Source: an uncultured Acidobacteriota bacterium | GTDB taxonomy: Bacteria > Acidobacteriota > UBA6911 > RPQK01 > JAPXNP01 | Assembly (NCBI GenBank): GCA_963777605.1 | Contig: CAVZRV010000007.1 | Coordinates: 64,001 to 128,000, forward strand | DNA length: 64,000 nt | Reading direction: 5' to 3' | Part shown: positions 9,619-19,132 of the stretch, one piece after another | Numbering within the stretch: the stretch's first letter is position 1 | Layout of the letters: the number at the start of each line of letters is the position of its first letter | Notes under the pieces: model-generated | Told to the model about the DNA's origin: nothing | Database searches by the model: none | Seen by the model: the letters and a program-made list of their open reading frames with translations, nothing else | Translations under genes and position numbers: made by a program

Positions 9619-10049
9619 TGATTTGCGGCCTTATCACGGCAATTTGGTTTTGTTCGCCGGCAGTCTTCATCACGCAACAAAACTGGGAGGAGACGCGGGT
9701 CATTGCTGAAACCCAGCACGAAATCGTCCTCCTGCTGATCGAGAAGGAGGAATTCGACAAAGTTCCGGAAGCCGCTCGTCAGATCTTCAGCCTTCACTTT
9801 CCAAAACAGCAGGAGCCGCGGGTGGTCAAGGAAGCCGAACTGCTGACCAGTGCACTCCTGCACCACAATCAGGTCAGGATCGCCCACCAGATTCTCGATG
9901 ACGCCCTCAACGCGGTCACCACTCCCGGCGCCAAAGCGGCACTGCACAAAGAGAAGGGTTACATTTACAAGAAGGAGGGCAAGACCGACGATGCGATGCG
10001 AGAGTTCAAGATCGGGCTGGAATTGGAGAAGCAGATAACTCCGCAGTAG
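9615..10049 (+). CDS. Hypothetical exported protein with a C-terminal TPR-like motif
   Basis: Coupled to the anti-sigma gene; LHKEKGYIYKKEGKTDDAMREFKIGLEL resembles a TPR. Confidence 0.65.
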   Translation: MMICGLITAIWFCSPAVFITQQNWEETRVIAETQHEIVLLLIEKEEFDKVPEAARQIFSLHFPKQQEPRVVKEAELLTSALLHHNQVRIAHQILDDALNAVTTPGAKAALHKEKGYIYKKEGKTDDAMREFKIGLELEKQITPQ

Positions 10050-10092
10050 TTCAACTGCTGCCGCCTCTCGGCACGTCAACCAGATTCCGGTT

Positions 10093-10797
10093 ATGCCTTC
10101 TTCCGATACCCTCCTCTCCCGACTGTCGCAGCGCCTGAATGATCTATTCCAGGAACTCAACAGGCGGCCCGCCAAGTTGGTTCATATCGAGTTCTATCCT
10201 TACTCCCGCTTCTCGAGCACGATTCGGCTTCGAGGCGGTGTCCTCAAGATCCGGCTGTCCGACCTTCTCGCAAAAGCACCAGATTCCGTTGTCGAAGCCT
10301 TCGGCATCAGGCTCGTCTACAAGATCTCCGGCCGGAAAGCTCCCCGTCCCGTGTCCGAGTTGTGCCACCGCTTTCTCAACCTTCCGGATACCCGGGATCA
10401 GGAACAGAAACTGCGAAGACAACGCGGACGGAAGCGGCTCCAGCCAGCGTCTGGAGATGTATTCGACCTCGGGCAACTCTTCCGGGACCTCAACCGCAGG
10501 TTCTTTGAGAACTCCCTCGCGGTTGACCAGTTGGGATGGAGTCTTACGAAGAGCCGACGGCGTCTTGGTCATTACGACCCTGCTCACCACGCCATCGTCC
10601 TCAACCGGCGACTCGACAACCCTCTGGTTCCGGAGTACGTGGTCAGCTTCATTCTCTACCACGAAATGCTCCACGCCAGGTTTGCACTTCTGGACGGCAC
10701 CAGCAAACGTCGGGTTCACGATCGCCAATTTCGGCTGGCCGAGCAGCGACACCCCGACCGGCAACGGGCACTTCGCTTCATCCAAAACCACTTCTGA
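10093..10797 (+). CDS. SprT/YgjP(DUF45)-like zinc metallopeptidase
   Basis: YHEMLH HExxH motif plus downstream HDRQF. Confidence 0.8.
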   Translation: MPSSDTLLSRLSQRLNDLFQELNRRPAKLVHIEFYPYSRFSSTIRLRGGVLKIRLSDLLAKAPDSVVEAFGIRLVYKISGRKAPRPVSELCHRFLNLPDTRDQEQKLRRQRGRKRLQPASGDVFDLGQLFRDLNRRFFENSLAVDQLGWSLTKSRRRLGHYDPAHHAIVLNRRLDNPLVPEYVVSFILYHEMLHARFALLDGTSKRRVHDRQFRLAEQRHPDRQRALRFIQNHF

Positions 10798-10887
10798 AAC
10801 CGCATTGACCGCCCCCGCGGGATCTCCTACCATCGGGATGGTTTAGTGAGGATATGGACGACTAACTCCGACACGGGAGAACGATCA

Positions 10888-12075
10888 ATGGATAAAGGCA
10901 GAAACGAACTGGTTGCAGCGGCACTCGAAGGACTTTCAATAGAACTCCCGTCGTGGGGATTCGCCAATACAGGCACCCGGTTCGGCAAGTTCATCCAGCC
11001 CGGTGCGGCAACCACAATCGAGGAGAAGTTGGCTGATGCCGCCGAGGTCAATCGTCTCACCGGTTGCTGCCCGCGCGTGGCCGTGCACGTTGCGTGGGAC
11101 TTCCCCGGAGGCGTGACGGCCGCCGGCCCGGTCGCCGACGAGGCCCGGCGTCTCGGGATCTCGATTGGTTCAATCAACCCTACCCTGTTCGAAGAACAGA
11201 GTTACAAATATGGATCGTTGGGGAACCCTGATCGTGAAGTGCGAAAGATGGCCCTGGAGCACATTCGTGAGAGCGTCGCCTGCATGCGCGCGGCAGGCAG
11301 TTCCGAACTTGTTTTGTGGTTCGCGGACGGTTCGAACTACCCCGGCACGGCTCACATCCGCGACCGGAAGCGGTGGTTCGAGGAGGCACTCGCCCAGATC
11401 GGCGAAGAACTTACCAAATCCGAACGGATGCTGGTTGAATACAAGCCGTTCGAGCCGGCCTTTTATCACACCGATATCGCTGACTGGGGAATGGCCTACT
11501 TGTTGGCCCAAAAAGCCGGTCCCCGCGCCCGTGTCCTGGTCGATACGGGTCACCATTACCAGGGACAAAACATCGAACAGATCGTGGCCTGGTTGCTCAG
11601 CGAAGGGATGCTCGGAGGGTTTCATTTCAACGACCGACGCTACGCGGATGACGACCTTACCGTCGGTTCCATCGACCCTTACCAGCTCTTCCGCATCTTC
11701 TATGAAATCCACCTCGAGCGCTGGGAGAATGGTCGATCGGCCCCAATTTCCTACATGGTGGACCAGAGCCACAACCTGAAGGGCAAGATCGAAGCCATGA
11801 TTCAGACCGTTATGACGGTCCAGGAACTCTTTGCCAAAGCGGCCCTGGTTGACTTCGCCGCGCTGCGAGATTTCCAAAGGGAGTGCCGCGTAATCGATGC
11901 CGAAGAGTGCCTGAAAGAGGCGTTCAGGCTGGATGTCAGGGAGACCGTCGAAAACTGGCGAATGAAACGGGGGTTACCGGCCAATCCGCTGCGAGCTGTT
12001 CGAGAGGGGAGTTACCTCCAGCGGATCGAGACCGAGCGCGCCGGGCGCAACCGCGCGAGTGGCGGCTACGTCTAG
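10888..12075 (+). CDS. L-rhamnose isomerase (RhaI-type TIM-barrel sugar isomerase)
   Basis: IELPSWGFANTGTRF, EYKPFEP, DTGHH, GGFHFND, DQSHN motifs. Confidence 0.88.
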   Translation: MDKGRNELVAAALEGLSIELPSWGFANTGTRFGKFIQPGAATTIEEKLADAAEVNRLTGCCPRVAVHVAWDFPGGVTAAGPVADEARRLGISIGSINPTLFEEQSYKYGSLGNPDREVRKMALEHIRESVACMRAAGSSELVLWFADGSNYPGTAHIRDRKRWFEEALAQIGEELTKSERMLVEYKPFEPAFYHTDIADWGMAYLLAQKAGPRARVLVDTGHHYQGQNIEQIVAWLLSEGMLGGFHFNDRRYADDDLTVGSIDPYQLFRIFYEIHLERWENGRSAPISYMVDQSHNLKGKIEAMIQTVMTVQELFAKAALVDFAALRDFQRECRVIDAEECLKEAFRLDVRETVENWRMKRGLPANPLRAVREGSYLQRIETERAGRNRASGGYV

Positions 12076-12125
12076 TGTCCACCAGGGTGTACAATGCGCA
12101 GACTCGTTCAGTTTCAGGAGAAGTA

Positions 12126-12995
12126 ATGGAGATTTCTGCCAAAACCCGGCTTTGTGCGGTGATCGGCGATCCCGTCGAACACTCCCTCTCTCCCGAGATT
12201 CAGAACGCTGCATTTTTGCATGCCAGACTGGATTTCACCTACGTCGCCTTCCACGTCGCCAGGGGGCGCTTGCTTCACGCCCTCAACGGTGTCCGGGCGA
12301 TGGGCATCCGCGGGCTTTCTGTCACCATTCCACACAAAGTCGACATCATCCCGTTTCTCGACGAAGTTGCTCCCGAGGCCGCCTACGTGGGATCGGTCAA
12401 CACGGTGCTGAACGACAACGGCCGGTTGGTCGGCCACAGCACCGATGGCCGCGGAGCCGTTCGGGCGTTCGAGAGCAAGGGTGTACAGGTCGCCGGAAAA
12501 TCAATCCTTGTCCTCGGATCAGGAGGGGCGGCCCGAGCGATTGCTTTCGCTCTTGCGGTCCTCGATCCCAAGCCGAACATTCGGATCCTCGGCGTCATTC
12601 CCGAGGAACTGGAAAACCTCGCCAATGACCTCACATCCCGAACCGACACCCCCGTTTCGTCGGACTTGTTGACCGCCCGGAGCGTCGAAAGAGGCACTGC
12701 CGAGGCTGAAATCATCGTTCACGCTACGCCTGTCGGGATGGCCCCGAAAATCGACGTTTCCCTGATTCCAGCCGAACTTCTTCGCCCTGACCTCGTGGTC
12801 TTCGATGCCGTCTACACGCCCCTCAAGACCCGGCTTTTGCAGAGTGCAGAGCAGGCCGGAGCGCGCATTGTCCCGGGGTTGGGCATGTTCGTCCACCAGG
12901 GAGCAATCCAGTTTGAGCTCTGGACCGGAAAGCCTGCCCCCGTCGAGACCATGGAACAGACCGTGACCGCAGCATTGGCGAGGCGAAACTCGTGA
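12126..12995 (+). CDS. aroE: Shikimate dehydrogenase
   Basis: GDPVEHSLSP, SVTIPHK, SVNT, GSGGAARA motifs. Confidence 0.93.
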   Translation: MEISAKTRLCAVIGDPVEHSLSPEIQNAAFLHARLDFTYVAFHVARGRLLHALNGVRAMGIRGLSVTIPHKVDIIPFLDEVAPEAAYVGSVNTVLNDNGRLVGHSTDGRGAVRAFESKGVQVAGKSILVLGSGGAARAIAFALAVLDPKPNIRILGVIPEELENLANDLTSRTDTPVSSDLLTARSVERGTAEAEIIVHATPVGMAPKIDVSLIPAELLRPDLVVFDAVYTPLKTRLLQSAEQAGARIVPGLGMFVHQGAIQFELWTGKPAPVETMEQTVTAALARRNS

Positions 12996-13504
12996 ACCTG
13001 GTACTCATCGGTTACCGGGGAACCGGCAAGAGCACCATCGGAAGGCTGGTCGCTGAAGAACTCGGGGTGCCGTACATCAGCCTGGACGGGGAAATTGTTC
13101 GCCGCGCGGGATGCAGTATCCCGGAGCTCGTTGCCTCCCATTCATGGGACTATTTTCGCGACCTCGAGTCGGCTGTCGTCAGTGATTTCGCCGCTCGCGA
13201 CGGCCTCGTCCTCGACACCGGCGGAGGTGTTGTCACCCGGCCTTCGAACGTGGAGCAACTGCGCGCTTCCGGGATGGTCTTCCTCCTCGCGGCAACGATC
13301 GCCGACATCGTGGAGAGAATCGGTGGAGACAGCGAACGCCCCTCTTTGACCGGCAGCAAGAGTTTCACCGAGGAGGTTGAGGAGGTTCTCGAAGCTCGGC
13401 GCCCACTGTACTCGTCGGCCGCCCACGCCGTAATCGACACCTCGAGTCTCTCGGCCGAGGAAGCTGCCCGCGAGATCATCTCCCGTTTCAGATCGGGTCA
13501 CTGA
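12992..13504 (+). CDS. aroK: Shikimate kinase
   Basis: GYRGTGKS Walker A, DTGGG, RPSL, RRPLY. Confidence 0.92.
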   Translation: MNLVLIGYRGTGKSTIGRLVAEELGVPYISLDGEIVRRAGCSIPELVASHSWDYFRDLESAVVSDFAARDGLVLDTGGGVVTRPSNVEQLRASGMVFLLAATIADIVERIGGDSERPSLTGSKSFTEEVEEVLEARRPLYSSAAHAVIDTSSLSAEEAAREIISRFRSGH

Positions 13505-13529
13505 GCATAGCCTGCGGAGGCAGGCCAAC

Positions 13530-14162
13530 CTAACGCGTGTCCTGCGGGCTTCGGTCCCGTCGATCGGAACCGCCGGAAGGGGCGCCTGAAGAAGACCGGT
13601 ACTGAGCGGCGATTCCCATCCCTCCCAGGAGGACCCAGGCCACCAGCAGGAAAGTGGCCGACGGTGAACTCCAGTAAACCGGTGGGTTCCTGAGAATCTC
13701 GTTCGGAACGGCCAATCCCGCGAGGACGGCAACCGCGGCCAGGACCGCCCACGCCCCTACGAACGCAGTTGATATGACAATCAAGAGCCTCTGCATCGCC
13801 AGGGCGAGGACTCCACAGACGACCGCCGCGATCAGAACGACAAGGGTCCGTTGCCAGCCGAAGTTGGCGGCAGCCATCAACCCGACGAGAGCCCCCAGTC
13901 CAGCCCCCGCAATGAAGATCCCCACGAAGTAGAAGAATCCAAGCAGAAAGGCCCCCAAGGCCCCGCCAAGAATCCCCGCGATCAAGGCCAGAGCATTTGA
14001 GGGTTCGACGAAGGTATAGAACAATCCGCCCGCAAGCACCGCGCCGAGGACGAAACCCAACAGTACAAGGACGAATCGGAAAAGGCGATACCCCGCGAAA
14101 CAGGCGATCAATCCTCCCACCAAGGCAGCTACCACGCCAAATTGGTGAATCCAGATGATCAT
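13530..14162 (-). CDS. DUF4203-like Gly-rich membrane protein
   Basis: CFAGYRLFR motif and about 6 TM helices. Confidence 0.75.
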   Translation of the reverse strand: MIIWIHQFGVVAALVGGLIACFAGYRLFRFVLVLLGFVLGAVLAGGLFYTFVEPSNALALIAGILGGALGAFLLGFFYFVGIFIAGAGLGALVGLMAAANFGWQRTLVVLIAAVVCGVLALAMQRLLIVISTAFVGAWAVLAAVAVLAGLAVPNEILRNPPVYWSSPSATFLLVAWVLLGGMGIAAQYRSSSGAPSGGSDRRDRSPQDTR

Positions 14163-14202
14163 AGCTCCTCCATGCTACCGCCGTCAGGGGTGGATTGGGA
14201 AC

Positions 14203-15183
14203 TCAGGCATCGGCTCTCAATGCTGCCAGCAACTCTTCGACCGAGACGGTCGCGGTACCCAATTTGCCGACGACAACCCCGGCAGCATGGTTCGCTATCA
14301 CCGCAGCGTCAGCCGGTGTCGCCCGAGAAGCGAACGCAAGAGTCAGGGCCGCGATTACCGTATCACCCGCTCCAGTGACGTCAAAGACCTCTCTCGCCAC
14401 CGCTGCAAAGTGTTCGATCTTGCCACCCGAAAGAAGGGACATTCCTTCCTCGCCCCGAGTAATCAGAACGTGTTCGCTCCGACAAACCGCCTGAATCCTC
14501 TCCGCGGCCGCAATCAACGATTCCTCGCCGTAAATCTCGATACCGGCCGCACGGCTCGCCTCTTTCAAGTTCGGCGTGATGATGGAGACCCCTTCATAGG
14601 AGGAAAAATCCACTCTTTTCGGATCGACCGCGACGAACATCGACCGCCGCCGCGTCTGGCTGACGAGGGATCGAACCAGGTCCCGGGTCACCACTCCTTT
14701 GGAGTAGTCGGAAATCACCACGGCATCGACGTCGTCCAGGGCATGGAGAGTCTGCTCCTCGAGGCGCCGTGCAGTGTCCTCCTCAAGAGCCCCGCTACCC
14801 TCCCGATCGAAACGGCAGACCTGTTGATGGTGAGCGATGATCCGGCTCTTCGTCGTCGTTAGCCTCGAGCCATCAACAATAATCCCCGAACCGTCGATTC
14901 CGCCGTTGTCCGGGTGATTGAGAAAACGCCGGCCGGCATCGTCGCCACCCAAGATTCCCACAAGGCGGACTCGGGCACCCAGTGAAACCAGGTTGCGGGC
15001 AACATTGGCAGCTCCTCCAAGATGCTCCGACTCCCGGGTCACCTCGACAACCGGGACAGGAGCCTCCGGTGAAATCCGATCCACCCGTCCCCAGATGAAT
15101 TCGTCCAGGATGAGATCGCCGACGACGGCAACTCTCTGGGCAGAAAACCGATCCAAGACTTCCTGCAGCTGCTTGTCGATCAA
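14203..15183 (-). CDS. rfaE1: D-glycero-beta-D-manno-heptose-7-phosphate kinase (RfaE domain I)
   Basis: RISPEAPVPV, GGAANVA, SDYSKG, DVTGAGDTV; TTG start inferred from the RBS. Confidence 0.92.
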   Translation of the reverse strand: MIDKQLQEVLDRFSAQRVAVVGDLILDEFIWGRVDRISPEAPVPVVEVTRESEHLGGAANVARNLVSLGARVRLVGILGGDDAGRRFLNHPDNGGIDGSGIIVDGSRLTTTKSRIIAHHQQVCRFDREGSGALEEDTARRLEEQTLHALDDVDAVVISDYSKGVVTRDLVRSLVSQTRRRSMFVAVDPKRVDFSSYEGVSIITPNLKEASRAAGIEIYGEESLIAAAERIQAVCRSEHVLITRGEEGMSLLSGGKIEHFAAVAREVFDVTGAGDTVIAALTLAFASRATPADAAVIANHAAGVVVGKLGTATVSVEELLAALRADA

Positions 15184-15184
15184 C

Positions 15185-15796
15185 TTAACCGCTCCCTTTC
15201 CGATCGGAGTTGGCCAAAACTGACTCACTCGCGCCGGCGAGCCGGAAGGACTGCAACTTACGATACTCGGCTCCCTGCGGGCGAAGAATGCTCTGATAAA
15301 GATGGAACTCCTCTGCCGCGACACTTCCCAGGTCTACCTCCGGGCTGCGCCGTTCGACGAAATCCATCAGTAGCGCGATCCTGCGGCGGGATCGAATCCG
15401 GGCCAGGGTCAAGTGGGCCTGGAACTCTCTCTTCTCCACGGGAAATCCGACCCGCTGCAGGGATTCCTCGACAGACCGCTGCAAATCAACAAGTCCCCGA
15501 TTGGCACACCGAATCCCGGTCCACACAACTCTCGGGTTGGCGAGGTGCGGAAAAACACCAAGGCCCTCAATTCCGAGGTCAAAGGCCCGCGCCCGAATTG
15601 CTGTTTCCCGGAGGGCCGTTCCGATCTCGGCAAGCCGAGACTCCTCAACGTCACCCAGAAACTTCAACGTGATGTGAATTGACTCCGGTCGGGGAAACTT
15701 GGCGTCAATGCCGAGCCGCCTCATTTCGTCCATCAGCCCGGCCAGGCCCGAACGAACTTCGTCCGGAACCGGAAGCGCAACGAAGGAACGGATCAC
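15185..15796 (-). CDS. thpR: RNA 2',3'-cyclic phosphodiesterase
   Basis: Two HxT motifs (HITLKFLG, HLTLAR). Confidence 0.92.
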   Translation of the reverse strand: MIRSFVALPVPDEVRSGLAGLMDEMRRLGIDAKFPRPESIHITLKFLGDVEESRLAEIGTALRETAIRARAFDLGIEGLGVFPHLANPRVVWTGIRCANRGLVDLQRSVEESLQRVGFPVEKREFQAHLTLARIRSRRRIALLMDFVERRSPEVDLGSVAAEEFHLYQSILRPQGAEYRKLQSFRLAGASESVLANSDRKGSG

Positions 15797-17028
15797 AACA
15801 ATTCCCTCCGGACCCAGTCCAGGGCAAGGTTGCTCGTCCGCAGCCGAACCATCTCACGGTCGCCCGGCATCCAGAGGCGCTTTGAGATGGTCCTACTTCC
15901 CGTTGACAATCCAAGAAACACCGTCCCCACCGGCTTTTCCTCCGAACCGCCGGTCGGACCCGCAATTCCCGTTGTCGACAACCCTATCGAAGCCCCCAAT
16001 CGTTCTCTGACGCCGCGGGCCATCATCTCGGCAACCGGGGCACTCACCGCTCCCTCGGTCTCAAGCAAAACCGGTTCGACCCCGAGCAGACCCGACTTCA
16101 CGGAATTGGCGTAAGAAACCACACTCCCGACAAAGTAGTCCGAACTACCTGAAACATCGGTCAGGAGCTTGGCAACCAGGCCGCCGGTACACGATTCCGC
16201 AGTGGAGATCGACTGTCCACAGTCCCGCAACAATCGCCCCACGACCTCAGCAAGGTCTTCATCCCGTTCAGAATAAACCGCCGGGCCGAGTCGCACCTTC
16301 ACTCGCCCGACCAGTTCATCCAACGTTCGGTTCGCCAGTTCCTCGTCGGCCTCGCCTCGCCAGCTGAAGTAGAGGCTGATCACTCCTGGAGAAGAAAGAA
16401 TCGTCGTCTCAACATCCGGATATTCCTGATAGATCCCCTCCACGCTGGCGTCAACCCTCGATTCGGCCTCCCCTCCGACTTTCAGCTCGCGGATCCAGGA
16501 CGGGACAACAGGGAACTTCTGGCGGATCAGGGGAACCACCTGTTCATCCATCATGGGTCCCAACTCGCGGGGAGGACCGGGCAACAGGATCACCCACTGA
16601 CTGCCTCGCTCGAGCAGGAGTCCAGGCGCCGTGCCACGCGAGTTGGGGAGCACGCGGGCGCCATCGGGAACCTGAGCCTGACGGCGGTTGTTCCCTGTCA
16701 TCTTGAGACCGACCCGAGCATAGCGCTTCTCCATGCGGGCCAGGACCGAGGAATCCTCTCTGAGCGTCAAACCGAGGAAATCGGCCACCGCTTCCCGGGT
16801 GACATCATCATTGGTTGGCCCCAGGCCCCCGGTCAAAATCACCAGGTCCGCCTTTTCCAGGGCCAGCGCGAGACTGGCCCCCAGTTCATCCAGGGAGTCG
16901 GACACCACCGACTTCCGGAGAATCTCAAAGCCTAACGGCAGCAAACGGGAAGCCAGAAACAGGGAGTTCGTCTCGGTCCGGGCGAAGGAGAGCAGTTCCG
17001 ACCCGACTGCAATAATTTCACAGCGCAT
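15793..17028 (-). CDS. cinA: Competence/damage-inducible protein A
   Basis: GGLGPTNDDVT, LPGPPRE, AESCTGG, TGIAGP. Confidence 0.95.
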   Translation of the reverse strand: MRCEIIAVGSELLSFARTETNSLFLASRLLPLGFEILRKSVVSDSLDELGASLALALEKADLVILTGGLGPTNDDVTREAVADFLGLTLREDSSVLARMEKRYARVGLKMTGNNRRQAQVPDGARVLPNSRGTAPGLLLERGSQWVILLPGPPRELGPMMDEQVVPLIRQKFPVVPSWIRELKVGGEAESRVDASVEGIYQEYPDVETTILSSPGVISLYFSWRGEADEELANRTLDELVGRVKVRLGPAVYSERDEDLAEVVGRLLRDCGQSISTAESCTGGLVAKLLTDVSGSSDYFVGSVVSYANSVKSGLLGVEPVLLETEGAVSAPVAEMMARGVRERLGASIGLSTTGIAGPTGGSEEKPVGTVFLGLSTGSRTISKRLWMPGDREMVRLRTSNLALDWVRRELL

Positions 17029-17540
17029 GGACTATCAGCAGGATCAGACCGGCGTAAAGCCCCGCCACACAGTCGTCCATAATGACACCCAGCCCTCCCG
17101 GAAACCTCTCGCAGCGATCGACGGGGGGAGGTTTGAGAATGTCGAAGACGACGGAACAGGGCAAATCCACCGAGAAACCAGAAGACCCCCTCCGAAACGA
17201 AGAGAAACGGGATCGACTGACCGATAATCTCATCGATAACGACAAAATTCGGGTCTTCATCCCCGAAGTAACGGGCAACCTGTCCGGAGCTTATCCACGC
17301 AAGCGGAAACAAGAACACCACGGCCAGGATGTTCGCAATCCAGGCACCCATTGGTGGCGCCAACGTGTAAACGCCGAACCAGATCGTCGCCGTGACAAGG
17401 GAAGCCCAGGTTCCGGGAGCCAGCGGCAGGTAACCGATCCCGAAGCCGGTCGCCAGGCAATGGGACAGCGCAAAACTACCGGCCTCCCTCCCCTTCAGCT
17501 TGGCCGGTTTTCTCTCCGGCAATCCTGAAATCCCCATCAA
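17018..17540 (-). pseudogene. pgpA: Phosphatidylglycerophosphatase A with a frameshift near 17150 (possible sequencing error)
   Basis: APGTWAS and DPNFVVIDEIIG in one frame; FDILKPPP and GVIMDD in another. Confidence 0.85.
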
Positions 17541-17651
17541 TCCACCGTCCCAAATCCAGCAGGCGACATCGGTCGCTGCAAAAAGGAAGAAACGAGGATT
17601 CGAGACTTACCGGCCGATGACAAGTCGGGCAGACCCTCTTCCTCACGGTCT

Positions 17652-18983
17652 TCAATCGCGCACTTCTCCCACGAGATCATACTCGTGTCCTTCGGTAATC
17701 AAAACGTTCCGGATTTCGCCGGGACGCATCGACTCTGTGATTCCGTCATTTAAGTATACGACCCCGTCGATTTCCGGGGCCTGCGATGCCATCCGTCCCT
17801 CCCAGAGCAGGTCGGTCTCCCGGGAAGGACCCTCCAGGAGGACTGGGAACTCCCGGCCTACCAGGGCCCGGTTCCGCCGCCTCGATATTCCGGCCTGCAA
17901 AGTCATCAACTGGGAAAGACGCTCCTGATTTGTCCGCTCGTCGACCTTGCCGTCGAGAGCGTGGGACGCAGCATGTTCCTCGTCGGAATAGGTGAACGCA
18001 CCCAGTCGATCGAACTCGACCTCCGCCACGAACTCGCAGGTTTCCCGGAAGTCGGCTTCCGTTTCTCCAGGAAAACCGACAATCATGGTCGTGCGCAGGC
18101 TAACTCCCGGAATCTGGCGCCGGATTTTCTCAATCAACCGGGTGAGCGCCGCCCGGTTCCCTCCCCTTTTCATGCGCTTCAACACCTCTCGCGAAGCGCT
18201 CTGCAATGGCATGTCGATATACTTGCAAACCTTCGGGGAGTCCGCAATCGCGTCGAGCAAATCATTTGACACACTGTTCGGGTATGCATACAGAAAGCGG
18301 ATCCACTCAATGCCTTCAACCCGATCGAGCGCGCGCAGCAGGTCCGACAGGCGCGGACGCCCGGCCAGGTCATGACCATACATCGACGTATCCTGGCCAA
18401 TCAGGTTAATCTCCACGACACCCTGGTCGGCGAGGCGTTCGACCTCTCTCACGATGGACTCCGGTTCCCGGCTTCGAAACTGCCCGCGCATTTGGGGAAT
18501 CACGCAGAATGTGCAGGGATGATCGCACCCTTCGGCAACCTTCACATAGGCCGAGTGCGAGGGAGTCGCCAGAATCCGGAAATCGCTGTCAGAATAAAGG
18601 TAAAGCCCGTTCCCGGGCATCGTCGCCGGAGTGGCGGAAGGATCACAAGCCTCGAGGATTCGGGGGAGTTCGTTGGTCCCAATAACCACATCAACCTCCG
18701 GAATCTCCGCCAGGATCTCTTTCCGGTATCGCTCGACAAGACAACCGGCCACCACCAACCTCCTGCAGTTGCCAACCGTCTTGTAAGCCGCCATTTCGAG
18801 GATGGTGTTGATGGACTCTTCCTTGGCGGGATCAATGAACCCACAGGTATTGACGACGATTACGTCCGCGTCAGCCGGGGTTGCGGTGATCTCATGCCCG
18901 CCCCTTGAGAGCGTTCCGAGCATCACTTCGGTATCCACAAGGTTCTTGGGACACCCCAGACTTACAAATCCGATTTTGGCCAT
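17652..18983 (-). CDS. rimO: Ribosomal protein S12 methylthiotransferase
   Basis: [10 protein letters not shown]; [10 protein letters not shown] radical-SAM motif; APEIDG TRAM region. Confidence 0.96.
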   Translation of the reverse strand: MAKIGFVSLGCPKNLVDTEVMLGTLSRGGHEITATPADADVIVVNTCGFIDPAKEESINTILEMAAYKTVGNCRRLVVAGCLVERYRKEILAEIPEVDVVIGTNELPRILEACDPSATPATMPGNGLYLYSDSDFRILATPSHSAYVKVAEGCDHPCTFCVIPQMRGQFRSREPESIVREVERLADQGVVEINLIGQDTSMYGHDLAGRPRLSDLLRALDRVEGIEWIRFLYAYPNSVSNDLLDAIADSPKVCKYIDMPLQSASREVLKRMKRGGNRAALTRLIEKIRRQIPGVSLRTTMIVGFPGETEADFRETCEFVAEVEFDRLGAFTYSDEEHAASHALDGKVDERTNQERLSQLMTLQAGISRRRNRALVGREFPVLLEGPSRETDLLWEGRMASQAPEIDGVVYLNDGITESMRPGEIRNVLITEGHEYDLVGEVRD

Positions 18984-19132
18984 GAACACGCCATTATACC
19001 GAGGAAGCGTATCGAGGTTTCGGGGCCCGGGGAGGGAGCGTTCCGAGAACGGCCCGAACGCCTGATGCACCAGCGGCCTGAGATCCACCACGTCCGATGG
19101 GTCCGCTTCATCCAATCACTGGCTTCCGCGGT

